IMG/VR virus record: IMGVR_UViG_3300020255_000001
Origin: an uncultured virus (IMG/VR IMGVR_UViG_3300020255_000001)
Lineage: Duplodnaviria > Heunggongvirae > Uroviricota > Caudoviricetes > Kyanoviridae
DNA length: 64,000 bases
Direction: 5' to 3' (one strand)
Position 1 is the stretch's first letter. Every line of letters begins with the position of its first letter. Positions 16,468 to 31,400 of this stretch are shown here, one piece after another. A program made the position numbers and the translations under genes. The notes under the pieces are model-generated. The model worked only from the letters and a program-made list of their open reading frames with translations, searched no databases and had not been told where the DNA came from.

Positions 16468-19400
16468 ATGAAGTCAGTTAAGGTATCCCAACGGTTACAG
16501 GACCAGATCCCTGCGTTTATAAAAGAAGAGGATCAGTCTTTTGTAGACTTGCTAGTACAATACTACAAGTCACAGGAGAAAAGTGGTAAACCGTATGATA
16601 TTTTAAACAATATTTTAAGTTATACAGATATTTCAAGTGACGAATATGATCCTAACTTTATTTCTTCATCATCTATTGTTTTAGATCGCATAGGTGCTAC
16701 TGATCAAAATATTACTGTAGAAACTGTTGATAATTTTCTTGAGAAAGATGGAACAATAAAGATTGATAATGAAATTATTTTTTATGAAGAAACAACTAAA
16801 TCACCAGAGGTTGTATTTACTCCAGGTGTCAATAAGTTAGAATTTGATAAGAAAATACAAGAGTTAGAAAATATAAGACCTCTATTTGATGGAACTGAAA
16901 CAAGTTTCCAATTAAAACTACTTGGAACTCCAATTACACCAAGTTCTGTTGAGTATTTACGTGTTATAATAAATGGTTTGCAGTTAGAACCTAATGTTGA
17001 TTATTTTCTTGATGGATCAAACATTAGATTCCAAACTCCTCCTGCAAACCTTGCAGGATCAACTACAGTAACTAAGATTGAATATCTTATAGGTTATACA
17101 AGTGTTCCTGTTAGAGTTTTAGATGTAATTAATATAACTGACGACCTTGTAGGTGCAAAAATACTTCCATTAAGGTTAAACACTGTTGTATATACACCTT
17201 TATCTACAGTATCTTGTTTGATTGCTGTAAATGGAGTGGTTCAAGAACCATTTACTGACTACACAGTTTATAATGATCATTTAATACTAAAAAAAGCAGT
17301 ATCTTTAAATGATAAGATTACTGTAAGGTCTGTTGAACTAATTGCACCTCAATTTGGTAAAGGTGCTTCTGCTATTGCTAGAGTTAGTGATAATAAAGTT
17401 ACAGATTTAATTGTAAAAAATGGTGGTCAAGATTATAGAATTAATTTCACACCAAAAGTAACTATTCTTACTCCAGAAGGTGTAACTGGTAAAGAAGCGA
17501 CTGCTGAAGCACTTGTAAATGGTATTAAGAATGTACAATTAATTGATGGTGGTCAAGGTTATACTTCTGCTAACCCTCCTGTAGTTGTATTTGATACACC
17601 CGCAGATCCTTCTGGTTCTATAGCAAAAGCAACTGTAACTGTTGATGATGCTACTGGTCAAGTCACAGGAATTAACGTACAATCATCTGGATCTGGATAT
17701 GACACTATTCCATCCATTAGTTTTACAAATGCAGCAGGTGCAACTATTAGTGATGCTCAAATTGACTCGGAAGGAAAGGTAGTTGATGGATCTATCCAAG
17801 TATTAACTAAAGGATTACATTATACAACTGCTCCAGAAGTCTATATTGATGCTCCTGTTGATCCTATTGGTATTAGAGCATCTGCCATAGCAGTTTTAGA
17901 TGATCAGAGCAGAGTAGACAGGATTGAAATGATTTCTCCTGGTAGAGGATATGTAACTCCTCCTAGATGTCGTATTATTGATCCTATAGGTGCTCAAATA
18001 CTTGATGTTAAGGTATCTGGTGGTAAATTAACTGATATTCAACTTTTAACTGGTGGATCTGGTTACAATGATGCACCATCTGTTTATATTGTTGATAATA
18101 GAAAGAATTTATCTGGTGAAGCAATAGGTGGAACTGGAGCAACTGCTGTTGCAACAATATTCAATGGTGAAATTACTGATATTAATATAACAAGTTTTGG
18201 TGATGGATATTCTGATACTGAACCTCCACAAGTCTTTATCGCAAGTCCAAAAGCAGCAGCAGCGTCTTGTGATGTTGGATTTCAAGAAATAACTGGTTTT
18301 ACAGTTCATTCACACGGTTCTGAATATCAACCATCACAATTTAAGAATTGTAAAAGAGGAGTTTCTGGTGTTTCTTCATATGATATTAGAGGAAACCAAG
18401 TATTTACTAATGAAGCACAAAGTATTCAATCTTCACACGAAGTTGGAACTTCTATAGAAAATTTAGATTCTTTATTTGCAAAAACACTATATGAACGTTT
18501 TGTAAATCAATTCTTACCTGATGCTGATATTGATTACACTACAATCAACGCTCCACAGATTGTTAAGACAATTAAAGACTTTTATGTCTCTAAAGGTACA
18601 AAAACTGCTACAGAATACTTATTTAAAATATTATTCTCTGAAAATGTTGATGTTTCATATCCAAAAGATGAATTAATCAAACCATCTGCTGCAACTTGGT
18701 CTGTTGACACTATTATTCGTGTTGAATTGATAAGTGGTAATCCAGTTGATATTTTAGACTCTCAATTATTCCAATATGCAGATGCTGTAGATACAACTGT
18801 TGGAAATGCTGTATGTTTAGTTGAAAACGTTATTGCAATCAACACTGGTGATAGAACAATCTATGAATTATCAATATCTGAGGAAACTTTAGAAGGTAAG
18901 TTCTCAATACCTTATAAAACCACTCTTGTAGAACCACTAACGACAACTGAGTCTATTATAACTGTTGACTCTACTATTGGGTGGCCAGAAAGAAACGGTA
19001 TCATCATTATGGGTGATAGTGAAAGAATACAATATAAAGAAAAATCATTAAACCAGTTTATTGAGTGTACACGTTCTAAAAATGGTATTGTAGAAGATTG
19101 GGATTCTGGTACTCCAATTTACTCTGATATTTTCTGTTATATCAATAGAGGACTAGATACTGAAGTAAAATTACGTGTTCTTGGTATTGCTGAAGCAACA
19201 GGAACAGTTCTTACTGATACTGGTTCATATTATCTTCCTAGTGACAAATTAAACGTAGCATCTCTTGGTTCTTCATCTACAGATCAGAGAGTTACATCTT
19301 GGTTATATAATGTTAAAAAATTAATCTCTGTAAACAATATTGAACCAGGTGGTCTTAATAACCAGACTGCAACTGTTTACACTACAAATAATCACGGTCT

Positions 19401-22400
19401 TCTTGTTGGTGACTCTGTAACAATCTATGGTGCAAACCCAACGATATTTAACGGTACGTTTTCTGTAACTTCTCGTATTAGTGCTACTGTATTCTCATAT
19501 CAAATATCTGCTCCTGCACCTAATTCACCTCAAGGTAACATTTTGATGTCTGTTGACCTTAATAAAGGTAAATCAGATGAAGAATCAATCAATAACTCTA
19601 TCGCACAATTTACAACTAATGTACAAAATACGTTCTTCAACTCAAATTACTCTTATATTGCTACAACAGGTATTCCAAACTATAAAGTTGGTCCGTTCAT
19701 TGGGTCTGCTCTACTCCCAGGAAACCAAAGAAAGTTAAGTAGATTTCCTAGAATTGTTGATACTGTATCACGTCGTGATGATTTATCATTTGGTCCTATT
19801 GGATGTTGGGTAAATGGTGTTGCTGTTTGGTCTTATAAGTCTCAAATTAAGACAAAATTTGGTGGAATTACAAGTTTTGATATTGTAGATGCAGGTGAAG
19901 GATATGACGCTGCTTCTAAACCATTAATTGAAATAAGTGGTGGTGGTGGATCTGGTGCTGCTGCTAGTGTTGTTGTAAATGGTTCTTTATTTAATGTTGA
20001 TGTAACAGCAGGTGGTTCTGGATACACCTCATCTCCATTAGTTTCTATTGTTGGTGGAGGTGGATTTGGTGCTACTGCAACTGCTGTTATTACAAATGGA
20101 GTTGTAAGTAAAGTTCTTGTTGAAACACCTGGTCAAGGGTACACCTCAGCACCTACTGTAAGCATCTCAGGAGGCAATGGAACAGGTGCAACTGCTACTG
20201 CCGAGGTAAGAGGTCCTATTCAATCTATTAGTGTAGATACAGCAGGATCAAGTTATACAACTGCACCTAATATTAAATTAAATTCTGGTGAAGGTGCTGT
20301 TGCACAACCAATTATTATCAATGGTCGTATTGTATCAATCGCTATTATTAACTCAGGTAGTGGATATACATCTCCTCCTAATGTAATTATTAATGGTGAT
20401 GGTTATGGTGCTATTGCAAAAGCAACCATAGGAACATTTGGTGAAGATAAAGGACGTGTTTTAAGTATTACTGTTGAGAACAGAGGTATAGGATATTCAA
20501 CTGGTCTTACAACTATTCGTTGTGAATCTATTGGTCAAGGTGCATCATTTACTGCAAATGTATTTGAGTGGACACAGAACTTAGAAACTGAACTATCAGG
20601 ACTAATGGATCCTTCTCGTGGTTATGTATTTGCAGGATATAACACACAATATGGTGGTGAATATGCACATTTATCAGATCCTAAACAATTACGTTATGTT
20701 CTTGGTGATAATGTATTTAAAGATCCATCATCAGGAAATCTTAGAGAACTTTCAGCAGGACTAAGACACTCTCCTATTATTGGTTGGGCATTTGATGGAA
20801 ACCCAATATACGGACCATATGGTTATATTGATGCTGCTGATCAGTCATCTGGTATTAAGAGATGTGTATCTTCTTACAGAGTAAAACCTGCGTTATTATT
20901 TGACAGTGCAACCAATCCAAATCCAGTTCGTGCTGATGGACCACTATTATCAGACAAACCCGCAGGAACTTATATAGAAGATTATGAGTATGTGTTCCAA
21001 GCAGGTGATTTAGATCAGTATAATGGTAGATATTGTAAGACACCTGAATATCCTGAAGGAACTTATGCTTATTTTGTTTCCATTGACGCATCAGAAGCAG
21101 GTTTACCTGTATTCCCATATGTCTGTGGACCACAATTATATTCAAGACCTGACGAATGGAACTATAGTCAAGATGCTGTACAAACCAATATTCCTCTTGA
21201 TGTTGTTAGATTCCGTGATCCTTATGAAGATGTTGACATTGATATTCAACGTACACCTAACCAAGATACAGATACTCTTGTAACTGAGATAGGTGACGAG
21301 TTTATCTTTGAAATAGAAGATACTAACAGAGATGGTGTTATATCAACAGAAGAAGAAAACGAATTAAATTATATCTCAGAAGAACCTGTACTGCAATTAT
21401 TTGATTACTACCCTAGTGTATCTACTAGATCACAGGTTGATATTGAGATTGATACTACTACTAAATTTGAAGATGCTAAAATTAGTGGATTTGTAGTTGA
21501 AAACCCAGGTATATCATATAAAGTTAATGATAAGTTGTTCTTTGACGATACAGGAACTGGTGGATATGGTGCATCTGCTAAAGTAAATGCTGTAAAAGGT
21601 ATTGATGTCAGTCAGTACACTTCATCTATGGTTAATGATTCACCGTTAGCAAAGATTACAACTACTGGTGAACACGATTTAAGAGTTAATGATGAAATTA
21701 TTGTTGATAGTATTCCTATTATTGATCAAACAAACAAAACATTTAGAGTAAAAGTTGTATCTGGTGTTGAAACAGTAAATATTAGTCAACAAGGTCTTGG
21801 ATATAATGATGATATTCCACCAACTTACGAAATTGTTACAGGAACTGGTCAAGATTTTAAATTAGAACTTGTACAACTTGAATCTGGTGCTGTTAATACA
21901 GTTAATATTATTAACTCTGGATCAGAATATACACCTAGCAATCCACCAGAAGTTAGAGTAAGTCATCCACAAAGATATAAAAAAGCAAATTATGCTCTTA
22001 CATTATTAGATGAGAGTAGTGGTATTGAGAAAATAGTAAAACTTAAAGATATTGTTACTGCTGATGATAGAACATTCTATGTTGTCGGTGAAGCAGATGA
22101 TGTTGATGGAGATTCAGCAGGATTACTTGCAAAATTCAATAGTGATGGTAGATTGTTGTGGACACGTACAATGGCACCACTACAACCTGCTGCGGGAGAT
22201 AAACGTTGTGTATTTAACAGAATTTATCTTGAAAACACATCACCACATTCTATCTACGTTGTTGGTGAAACAATTCCTAATAATGTCAACTTATCATACA
22301 ATCCAGACCTAGTTGTTGCCAAATATACCTCTGGATTTGATGCACAGAACAATCCTACTGCTGTTCCTGTATGGCAACGTGAAATTGCAGGTATATCTGG

Positions 22401-25400
22401 TTCTTCAAGAAGAGATTATATATCATCCTTAACTATAGATGATAACGGTCAAATATACGTTGGTGGTACAACAGATACTAACTCTCCAAATCCAGATGAT
22501 ATGTGGATTGCTTTGTTAGATGAACAGGGTGCTATTAAAGAAAAACGTAAGATATGTACTGCATCAGGATCAGAACAATTAACAGACCTTAAATTTACAA
22601 GTGATAACACCTGTATATTTGTTGGTGTTAATGATCCTGCGGGAACGAGTGAAATTATTATTGGTGAAACTAACTATGATAATGTAACTATTAACGTTTC
22701 TTGGAGTAGACAGTTTGGTAATACTGGATATAGATTCTCTAATCCTAAAATTACTATTGATGACTATGGTTCTAGATACGTAACTGCAACTGCATACCAA
22801 ATTTCTAATACCAAGAATACTGGTGTTTTGTATATGAAGTTTGCACCTAGTGATTACAAAACTCCATCAGTTGTTAAATTACTTTCACCTACTGGTGTAT
22901 TTGAAGATATACAATCAACTGGAGTTAAATTTGATATATTTGGTAATATTGATGTTGGTGCATACGTTAAATATGCTTTCAATGATCATAGAGCAATCAT
23001 ATTCAAGATTTCTTGGAATACAAGTAATATATTAACTGCTGCTTCTGTAAAACAGGTTAGTGGTATTGGTTTCCAACCAACTACAATTAGTAACGATAAT
23101 TCTGGTGATACTATTATTGCAGGTAATAAAATTGAATCTAATGAATTAGCAATACTCAATTTTGAATCAACTATAACTGGAGATGAAACATATAATAATA
23201 CTTTAACAGCAGGATGGTCTGTAGATCCTACATTAGATACTTCTAAATGGAAATATGGTGCACAGTCAGCAAATATCAGTGCTGCTGCGAATAGACTATC
23301 GTTAGACTGGGGTGCTGATGTAGCAACAAATTATACTATTGAAGCGTGGATCGCTATTGGGCAAGCACAATACAATGCTCAAAGTTCTACACCAAATATT
23401 TTTGATGTTGCTCCTACTACAGGTGATAATGCAGTTGTAGAACTAGAAGGTGATGCTACAAGTCCTGATTTTGGTAAAGTTCGTTTAAAGTTAGGTTCTA
23501 ATACTTACCTATCTACAACCACAACTAACTGGACAACATTTAATAACGAAGCATTTATACACGTTGCTCTTGTTAAGTCAACTCCTGGTGTTGGTACTTA
23601 CGTTTATAAAGTATTCATCAATGGTGTTGAACAAATTGATGTAACAAGTACAACTATAGATACACAACTTAAATCTATACTATTATTTGGTAAATCATCT
23701 CCTGTTGTCGCTAGTTCTATTGGTGGTTGGGTAGATAATATTTCTGTATCAGGTATTGCAAAATATAGTGATACATTTACTCCTGCACAAGCAGTTGGTT
23801 CTAATAAAACAGTATCTGCTTTCTGCTACAAGTTAGATAGAGAACAAACTAAGACTGGAACATATACATTAAACACCGTTCAAACTGGTATGCAGATTCA
23901 AGTCGCAGCCGCTGTGAACGACTTTACGTTTAATACCCAGGTGATTACTTCTGGAGATTGGACATTAGGTCCTGCGGGTCTACAAATACTTGATTATGCT
24001 GATGTTGTATCAAATAATGTTGAAGGAACTTACTCATTTACGTCTACAGATCAGATATATGAGACTAGAACTGCTACTATCCCAACACCTCTTGGTAGAA
24101 AACTACTACTAAGCACTACTGTTATTCCTAAATTCTATATTCGTGATGCAATATATCAGTCTATTGATACTGTAAAGACAGTAACATTTAACCAAACAGC
24201 AAACTTTACTAAAGGTTCTATATTACAACAGTATTCAGTTATTGGTGGACAAGATGTAGTCAGTGCATACGGTACTATTGTAAATGTTCGTGGAGCACAA
24301 GGACAGGTTGATATTGGTAATATTATTGGTAATTTTGATACTACTAAGAAATTAAAATCAACTGCAAATGATGTAAACCTTATTAATCAAACATTTTTAG
24401 TTGAAACAACTATACCTCAATGGTTTACAAACTTCAGTTATACAACTGGAGATGAAGTTTATAATGCAGGTAAGATCTATACAGCAGGTTCTACTGGAGT
24501 TTCTGGTGCTAGTGCTCCTATTCATACGATTGGTACAGTAACTGATGGAAATATAAACTGGGTATATACTCGTGATGCAGGTAGTTTTAATATAGATCTT
24601 GCAAATACTTCATATTCTAGTGGAACATTAAATCAATTTGGTTCTTGGAGACCATTTGTAGCAACAGATTACTCAATTAGAATTGAAGCAGTATATGAGG
24701 GATCAGCATTTATTAAAGGTGATAACATTGATGCTGACGCTGTTGGTCTTTCAGCAACATTCGATGCTACTGGAAAGATAATAACAATATCAGGTTTAGT
24801 TGGAGTTAAGAAATTCCATCTTACATCGAATCTTGATAAAGATATTATTCCAACTGGTGCTCTAGCATTTACAGATTTAGTATTCTGTGTTTCTACAAGT
24901 AGGCATAATTTTACTCAAAACGAAATTATATTTGTTGAAGGATTTACAACAACTGAATATGGTGGATCATTCTTTGTAGAAGAGGTTCTTGATAGTAGAA
25001 GATTCTTATATCGTTTAAGATCAACTGCTGTACAAGATCCTTCATTTACAAGTTCTACTATTGCAAGTGTTAATATCTACGCTAAACATCCACAATTATT
25101 ATTTGTTCGTAAACATCAATACATATTTGACCTTGATGATCCATCTAATTTTGGATATTATATGTCGTTCTCTAAGGATAATCAATATAAATTAGAATAT
25201 CCTTTTGTAAACATTGTTAGAGAGGGTATCCCAGGTTTAACTGACCAAACATCACCTAAACCACTTGTTAAGTTTATTGTTGATGAAGATGTTACCAATA
25301 TTTCATATTACTTCGATCCATCAAGAACTCTTCCAAGTAACTCTCCTGTAGGTGAAGCATCATTTATTGACGTTATAGAAACTCCTTATAAAGGAACATT

Positions 25401-28400
25401 TAATATTAATCAGATATTATCAGATACAGAATTTACATTCCCACTTCTTGTAGAACCAGAAAAAACAACTGCTCCTTTAGGAACAACTGAAACAGGTCTT
25501 ACAAGAGCATCTTATAGTACAACTTCTCTAAAAGCGATTGGTCCTATTGCAAGTATCAAACTGGTAAACCCAGGTGGTTTCTATCAAAAATTACCTATTG
25601 TTACTGATATATCATCTGATAGAGAAATTGAGAAAATACGTATCATATCTGGTGGTACAGAATACATTAATGGCATCTATTATAATGTTCCTATTGCAGG
25701 AGATGGTGAAGGTGGTCTATGTAATATTACAGTTGCAGATGATGGTGAATTAACAGGTGTTATTACTGCTGTTGAATTAACATCTCCAGGTAAAGGATAT
25801 ACTACTGCATCTATTGATATTGATACTATTCCAGGAATATTGGGATCACTATTACAAGGTTCTGGTGGACAACTTGATGTTGTAATTCCTGCTGAGGGAT
25901 CTGGTGCATCTGTGTTCTTACAAGGTACAAGTATTGGTAAGATTAAGAAACTTAAAAATAATGAATTTGGTTTCGGTTATTCTCACGATTATACACTAAG
26001 ACCTGAGATTACATTCCCTGTAAACCTTCAGTTGTTTAATACTGCTATACTTTCTGAAATTAAGGTTACAGATCCTGGTTCTGGTTATACATCAATTCCT
26101 AGAGTTGTTATTGAAGGTGGTGGTGGATCAGGTGCTGAAGCAGAAGCGATTGTTAAAAATAATAGACTATCTGAAATAATAATTAAAAATCCTGGATCTG
26201 GATATAGTTCTGAACCATCAGTTACACTTAAGTCAGAATTTAACTATGTTGTAAACCTTGATTTAGGATATTTACAGTTTAACTTCCCACACGGTATTAC
26301 AACTGGTGCTGCTGTTCAACTTAGAGCAGAAGATTTAGGATCTACAGTTGGTGTTCTACCAAAACCAAGTTCAGCAGGTTTGGTTAGTTTAAGTTCTACA
26401 ACCACTTACTATGCTATTGCAGGTGAGGCAAATTCACTTGAAGCAGACCAACTTAGAATAGCACTAACACAAGTTGATGCTGAGTCTGGTAACTTTATTA
26501 CATTCTTAACTCAAGGTGATGGTCGTCAGATTCTTCTTACTGAAGTATTTGGTGGTCAAGCAACTGCTATTGTACAAACATCTCGTTTCTTAAAAGGAGA
26601 ACTTGTATATCAAGGTTCATCCCTAGAAACTGCTACTGCAACAGGTTACGTTTCAGATAATGAAGGTTGGCAGATTGGTCCTCGTATATTAAAACTTGAA
26701 AACTATAACGGAAATTGGACTGTTGGAGAACGTGTAACTGCACAGGTATCTCGTGCATCTGGTTTGATTGATAACTTATCTATTGCTCGTGGTACATTGA
26801 ATATAGACTCAATGACAACCACTACTGGTCAGTTTATTGATGACATTGGTAAACCATCTGAAATTGTACAGAAAATTCAAGACTCTTACTTCTATCAGAA
26901 CTTCTCTTACGTTATTAAATCACAAACTCCTATTAACGAATGGAGAAAGAGTATTCTTGAAACCAATCACCCAGTTGGATTCAATATGTTTGGTGAATTG
27001 GCACTTGCAGCAGGTAAAGATATATCAGGAAGAAAGGTTGTATCTGATCTTGTTAAAGAAGTTAATATCTTTAGTGCTACTAATATTAATCAGATTACAT
27101 CTTTTGCTAACTCACAACCAATATATACCGAGTTTAATAACACTGAAGTATTATTCAGACAAAGAAGACTTACTAACTCTGAAGAAATCTTAACTTCTAT
27201 TGTTAAAAAACTTGATAATATTGATAATGACTTTAATGGTGTTAAAACACAATTCCCATTGACTGTAGAAGGTGAATCTGTAACTGCAACTGATGATCAA
27301 TTATTGATTCTTATTAACGGTGTTGCCCAGTCACCTGGAACTGCATTCACAACATCTGGTCCATCTGTTGTATTCTCAGAACCACCTAAAGCACCATCAA
27401 GAATTAAGTTTAGAAATCTTACATTCTCTCAAATTAATATTATAAGATATACATTTAGTACAACATCTGGTATTTTCCCACAAACAGGTAAACCTGTAAG
27501 GTCTTTACAGAACGAGGGAACTGCAACTGTCATTGATAGTGGTGTAGATTACATTGATGTTATCGATGTAGAAGGTACTTTCCAGATTGGTGACAATGTT
27601 TTAGCGTCATCTAGTGGATTTGATGGTACATTAAGTGCTGTAACTGGTTTAACTAGCAAAACAATTTACGAACAAGGTGAAAGAATAACAAATTTACAAG
27701 GTGATTTTGCAATTATTGAAGAAAATAACCTTAGAGATGGTGTTGTAGACGCTAGATTGGTAGTTTCTCGTACATCTGGTACATCTGAATTTGAAACTGG
27801 TGACTTTAATATCAAATTTAACGACACAATATACTCTGCTGCATCTAAAATTGCTGCAAGAGTTACTGTAATTGCACCATATACAGACGATGTATCTCAA
27901 CAAATCATTGATACTGTTGATTTATCACCTCCATCATCATTCTTTGGTCTAATTTTCCAACGTGTTCCTTCAATTACCTATCCAAATACTATCTTAGACA
28001 ATATTTCTGAGACAGTTATCAATCCAGAAGAACTATATGAAGAGGGAACTGCTAATAACCAAGACTTCTTAGACTTTGAAGAGGTAAGAAACCAAGAAAT
28101 TAGATATAATTATCTGTCAGGATCACAATTTGTAGCAGGTGACTCAATACGTAACAAACAAATCTACTATGATAACGCTTCATTAGTAGGTGTAGACGAT
28201 CAACGTTCATTTGATGCTGCTGTATTGATAAGAAAGAATGCTAGATTCATTGCTGAAGAAGCAGTTGGATTAATGAAGGCATTTTTCCCATCATTTGTAG
28301 TTCCATCATTAGGTGGAGATAGAGATTGTGAAGATGATATTGTAGATATTTTAAATATTGTTGCATATCAATTAGAAGTTGATGGTAACTCAGAAATCTG

Positions 28401-31400
28401 GGATGCTGCTAGTACATATGTACAGGGTAATGCAATATATCACGTTGATGGTGAAGTAGCACAAACAATATACGCATTTAACAAAGCACGTGATTTAGCG
28501 ATACAGTGTATCCGCAATGAAGTTATTAATACAACTACCACTAATCTACCTCAATATAGAGATCCTACTATCACAGAAGAGTTTGCTGTTATAAGCAATA
28601 GTCACGGTGATGCAAGAGATTTAATTCTTGCTAATAAATGGTTCATTGCATATGAAGCATTACATTATGCTAAAACACAAAATCCAGGATATAACGTATC
28701 AGGTGGAGATGTTCATTGTTTATCTGATATTGTTGATGTTCTTGAAGCGATGGTTTATAACTTAGCACACGGTGGTAATAACTTTGTATATAAAGCAACT
28801 AAGAAAACTCTACAGTATGGTGTAACATCTGGTGATAGAGATACTATTGTAGATGCTTTTACTAAGGCAAGAGATATTGCTATTGAAGTAATGAGAAATA
28901 ATGCTTGGACAAAAGCAGGATCTCATAACTGGAATCAAGTAACTGATACATCTATAACCGCTGATCCTGCAAACCCAACTTGTCAGGCAGTTGCATCAGC
29001 AATTACTACACTAATGAATATTTTGATTACTAATCTTGGATCAACTGCATCTCCAGGAACAGTAGCAGCATTTGAAGCAGCAGTAACTGAGACTGCACCT
29101 TCTGGAGCGTATGCAGGATATACTAACAGTTGTGTTAATCAGGCAAATGCTATAACATCCTATATGAGAATCATTACTGATACTCTAGAGGATCCTACAG
29201 GTGGCACTCCTGCAACATATCAGTGGGCAATTACTAATGTACCTCGTGTTCTTCCTCCTTATGCTTTTGTGGATGGAGAAACTTTACGTTGTGCTAAACA
29301 CGCTTATAGAGATAAATCATCTGGTGGATTCTTTGTATTTGGTGATACTGTAAGAGCAGTTACATCAGGTGCAACATATGATGTTATTGGATCTAATGCA
29401 GGTAACAAGTGGATCTTCTCTAAACAGATTAGTGGTGTATTACAAGCAGGTGAGTACATAACCAACTCTAAACTTACATATGCAAACGTATCTCAAGATA
29501 AATTAACATTTAAAACTGATTCTGGTTCACTTAGATTTACTGGATCTGGTTCATATGCTACTTTCCCATCAAGTAATGCTGTATTATTTGGTGATGGAGC
29601 AGATGCTGCTACTGGTGACTATACAATGGAATTATGGATACGTCCTGCTTCTGTTACTGGCACACAGAGACTTATTGATCTTAGAGAGTCATCTTCTGAC
29701 ACTAAGTTAGGTATATTGATGTCTGGTCAGTCACTTCGCTTATCTATAGGTGCTAGTGATGTAATTACTGTTAGTTCTGCTATTACTACAATCAATAACT
29801 GGTATCATATTGCAGTATCTCGTTCTACAAGTGTTACTAAACTGTTTGTAAATGGTCAGCAGATGGGTACATACACTGATACAAACAATTATAATGCAAA
29901 TAGTAAGATTACTGTTGGTGCAGGATGGAACAATGGTAATCCTTTCAATGGTTGGATTGATAATCTTATAATCCGCAAAGGAATTTCCCAGTACAATAGT
30001 AGTTTTACTCCCCCTATTATCTTTAACGATAGTACAGATGTATCATTCGCACTTCTTGGTGAAGCACCATTCCCTATGGAACAGAGTGCAGTATATGCAA
30101 CATACGTTAATCATATAATATCTACTGCTACTGCTGATGAAGTTGAGCTATGGCGTTCTGAACTTACAACTGAAGGTGTTGATCTTAGTCGTGAAGAATA
30201 TAGAATATGTGCTGAAGTTATACGTAAGAATATTGACTATATTGCTGAAGAAGCAGTTGGTCGTCTTAAGTATAGATACCCTGATTTTGTCATCCCTGGT
30301 GATGGTGGTATGAGTGGTTATGGATCTAATGTTTGTCTACGTGATACTAAATCATATATTATTCCTGCTATAATTGACGATCTTATATCAGGTGGTAACT
30401 TCCAAACAACCATTGTTGGTCGTGCTTACATTGAAGGATCTGGTGCATTACAACATATTGGTGGTGAGCAATTACAATCAATCTATACTTGGAGAGAAGT
30501 TGCAAAACTTTGTATTGATGTAATTACATTAGATGAAGCAGATTTAGAAGGAACTTATTCAACTAAAGTTCGTGTTCCTAATTATTTTGCATCTCCTGCA
30601 TCTTCACAGATACAAACTGATATTATGACTCTTGTAGATGATCTATTAGATGTTATAGGTCCTACAGGTCATAGATTTAGAGATGGTGCTGATTTAATTT
30701 ACTTTAATAGAAAAGCAATCGCTGATGAAGCAGTATATTATATTGAAAACAAATATCAAGTACAAGTTGGTTTCTCAACAGTAAATAAACTAACAATACC
30801 TAATAGAGCAAAATGTGTAAGAGATATTAGAGATCATATACTTCCTGCTATTGCAGGTGACTTGGTTACAGGTGGTAACTTTGAAACTCAAGCAATGATT
30901 GATAGTTATCTCGATAATGAGACTAATATCAATTATATTGAAGATGAATTGCTTGCAATGATTGATGCGATTGAATATGCTAAGAAGTTAGCACAAAAAG
31001 CAATACAAGGTTTATTAATTGGTAGAAATGAGAACCCTGCTCAAGTCGCTGCTGATTTCTCTGATTACTATCAGATGTTATACACAGATGAGTCTGTTTA
31101 TCGTGACGATACTATTACAATAGATCCTAAAGCATATACTGGATCTGATAGAGATCTTGACGCTGCAAATCTTTTACAGCAAAATGCTAAGACCATTGCA
31201 GGTGAAGCAGTTGATATTCTAACTAAAACATCGTTTGCACAATCTAAGAAGTTTAGAGTTCCAGGTGGTAAAGTTAACTGTGAAGATGATATTGTTGACA
31301 TCATCGAATCTGTAGCACACGATTTACGTTTTGGTGGTAACAGCGAGACATATGATGCTGCTGCTTTATACTTAAATACTGATTTAGCATTAAGTCACGT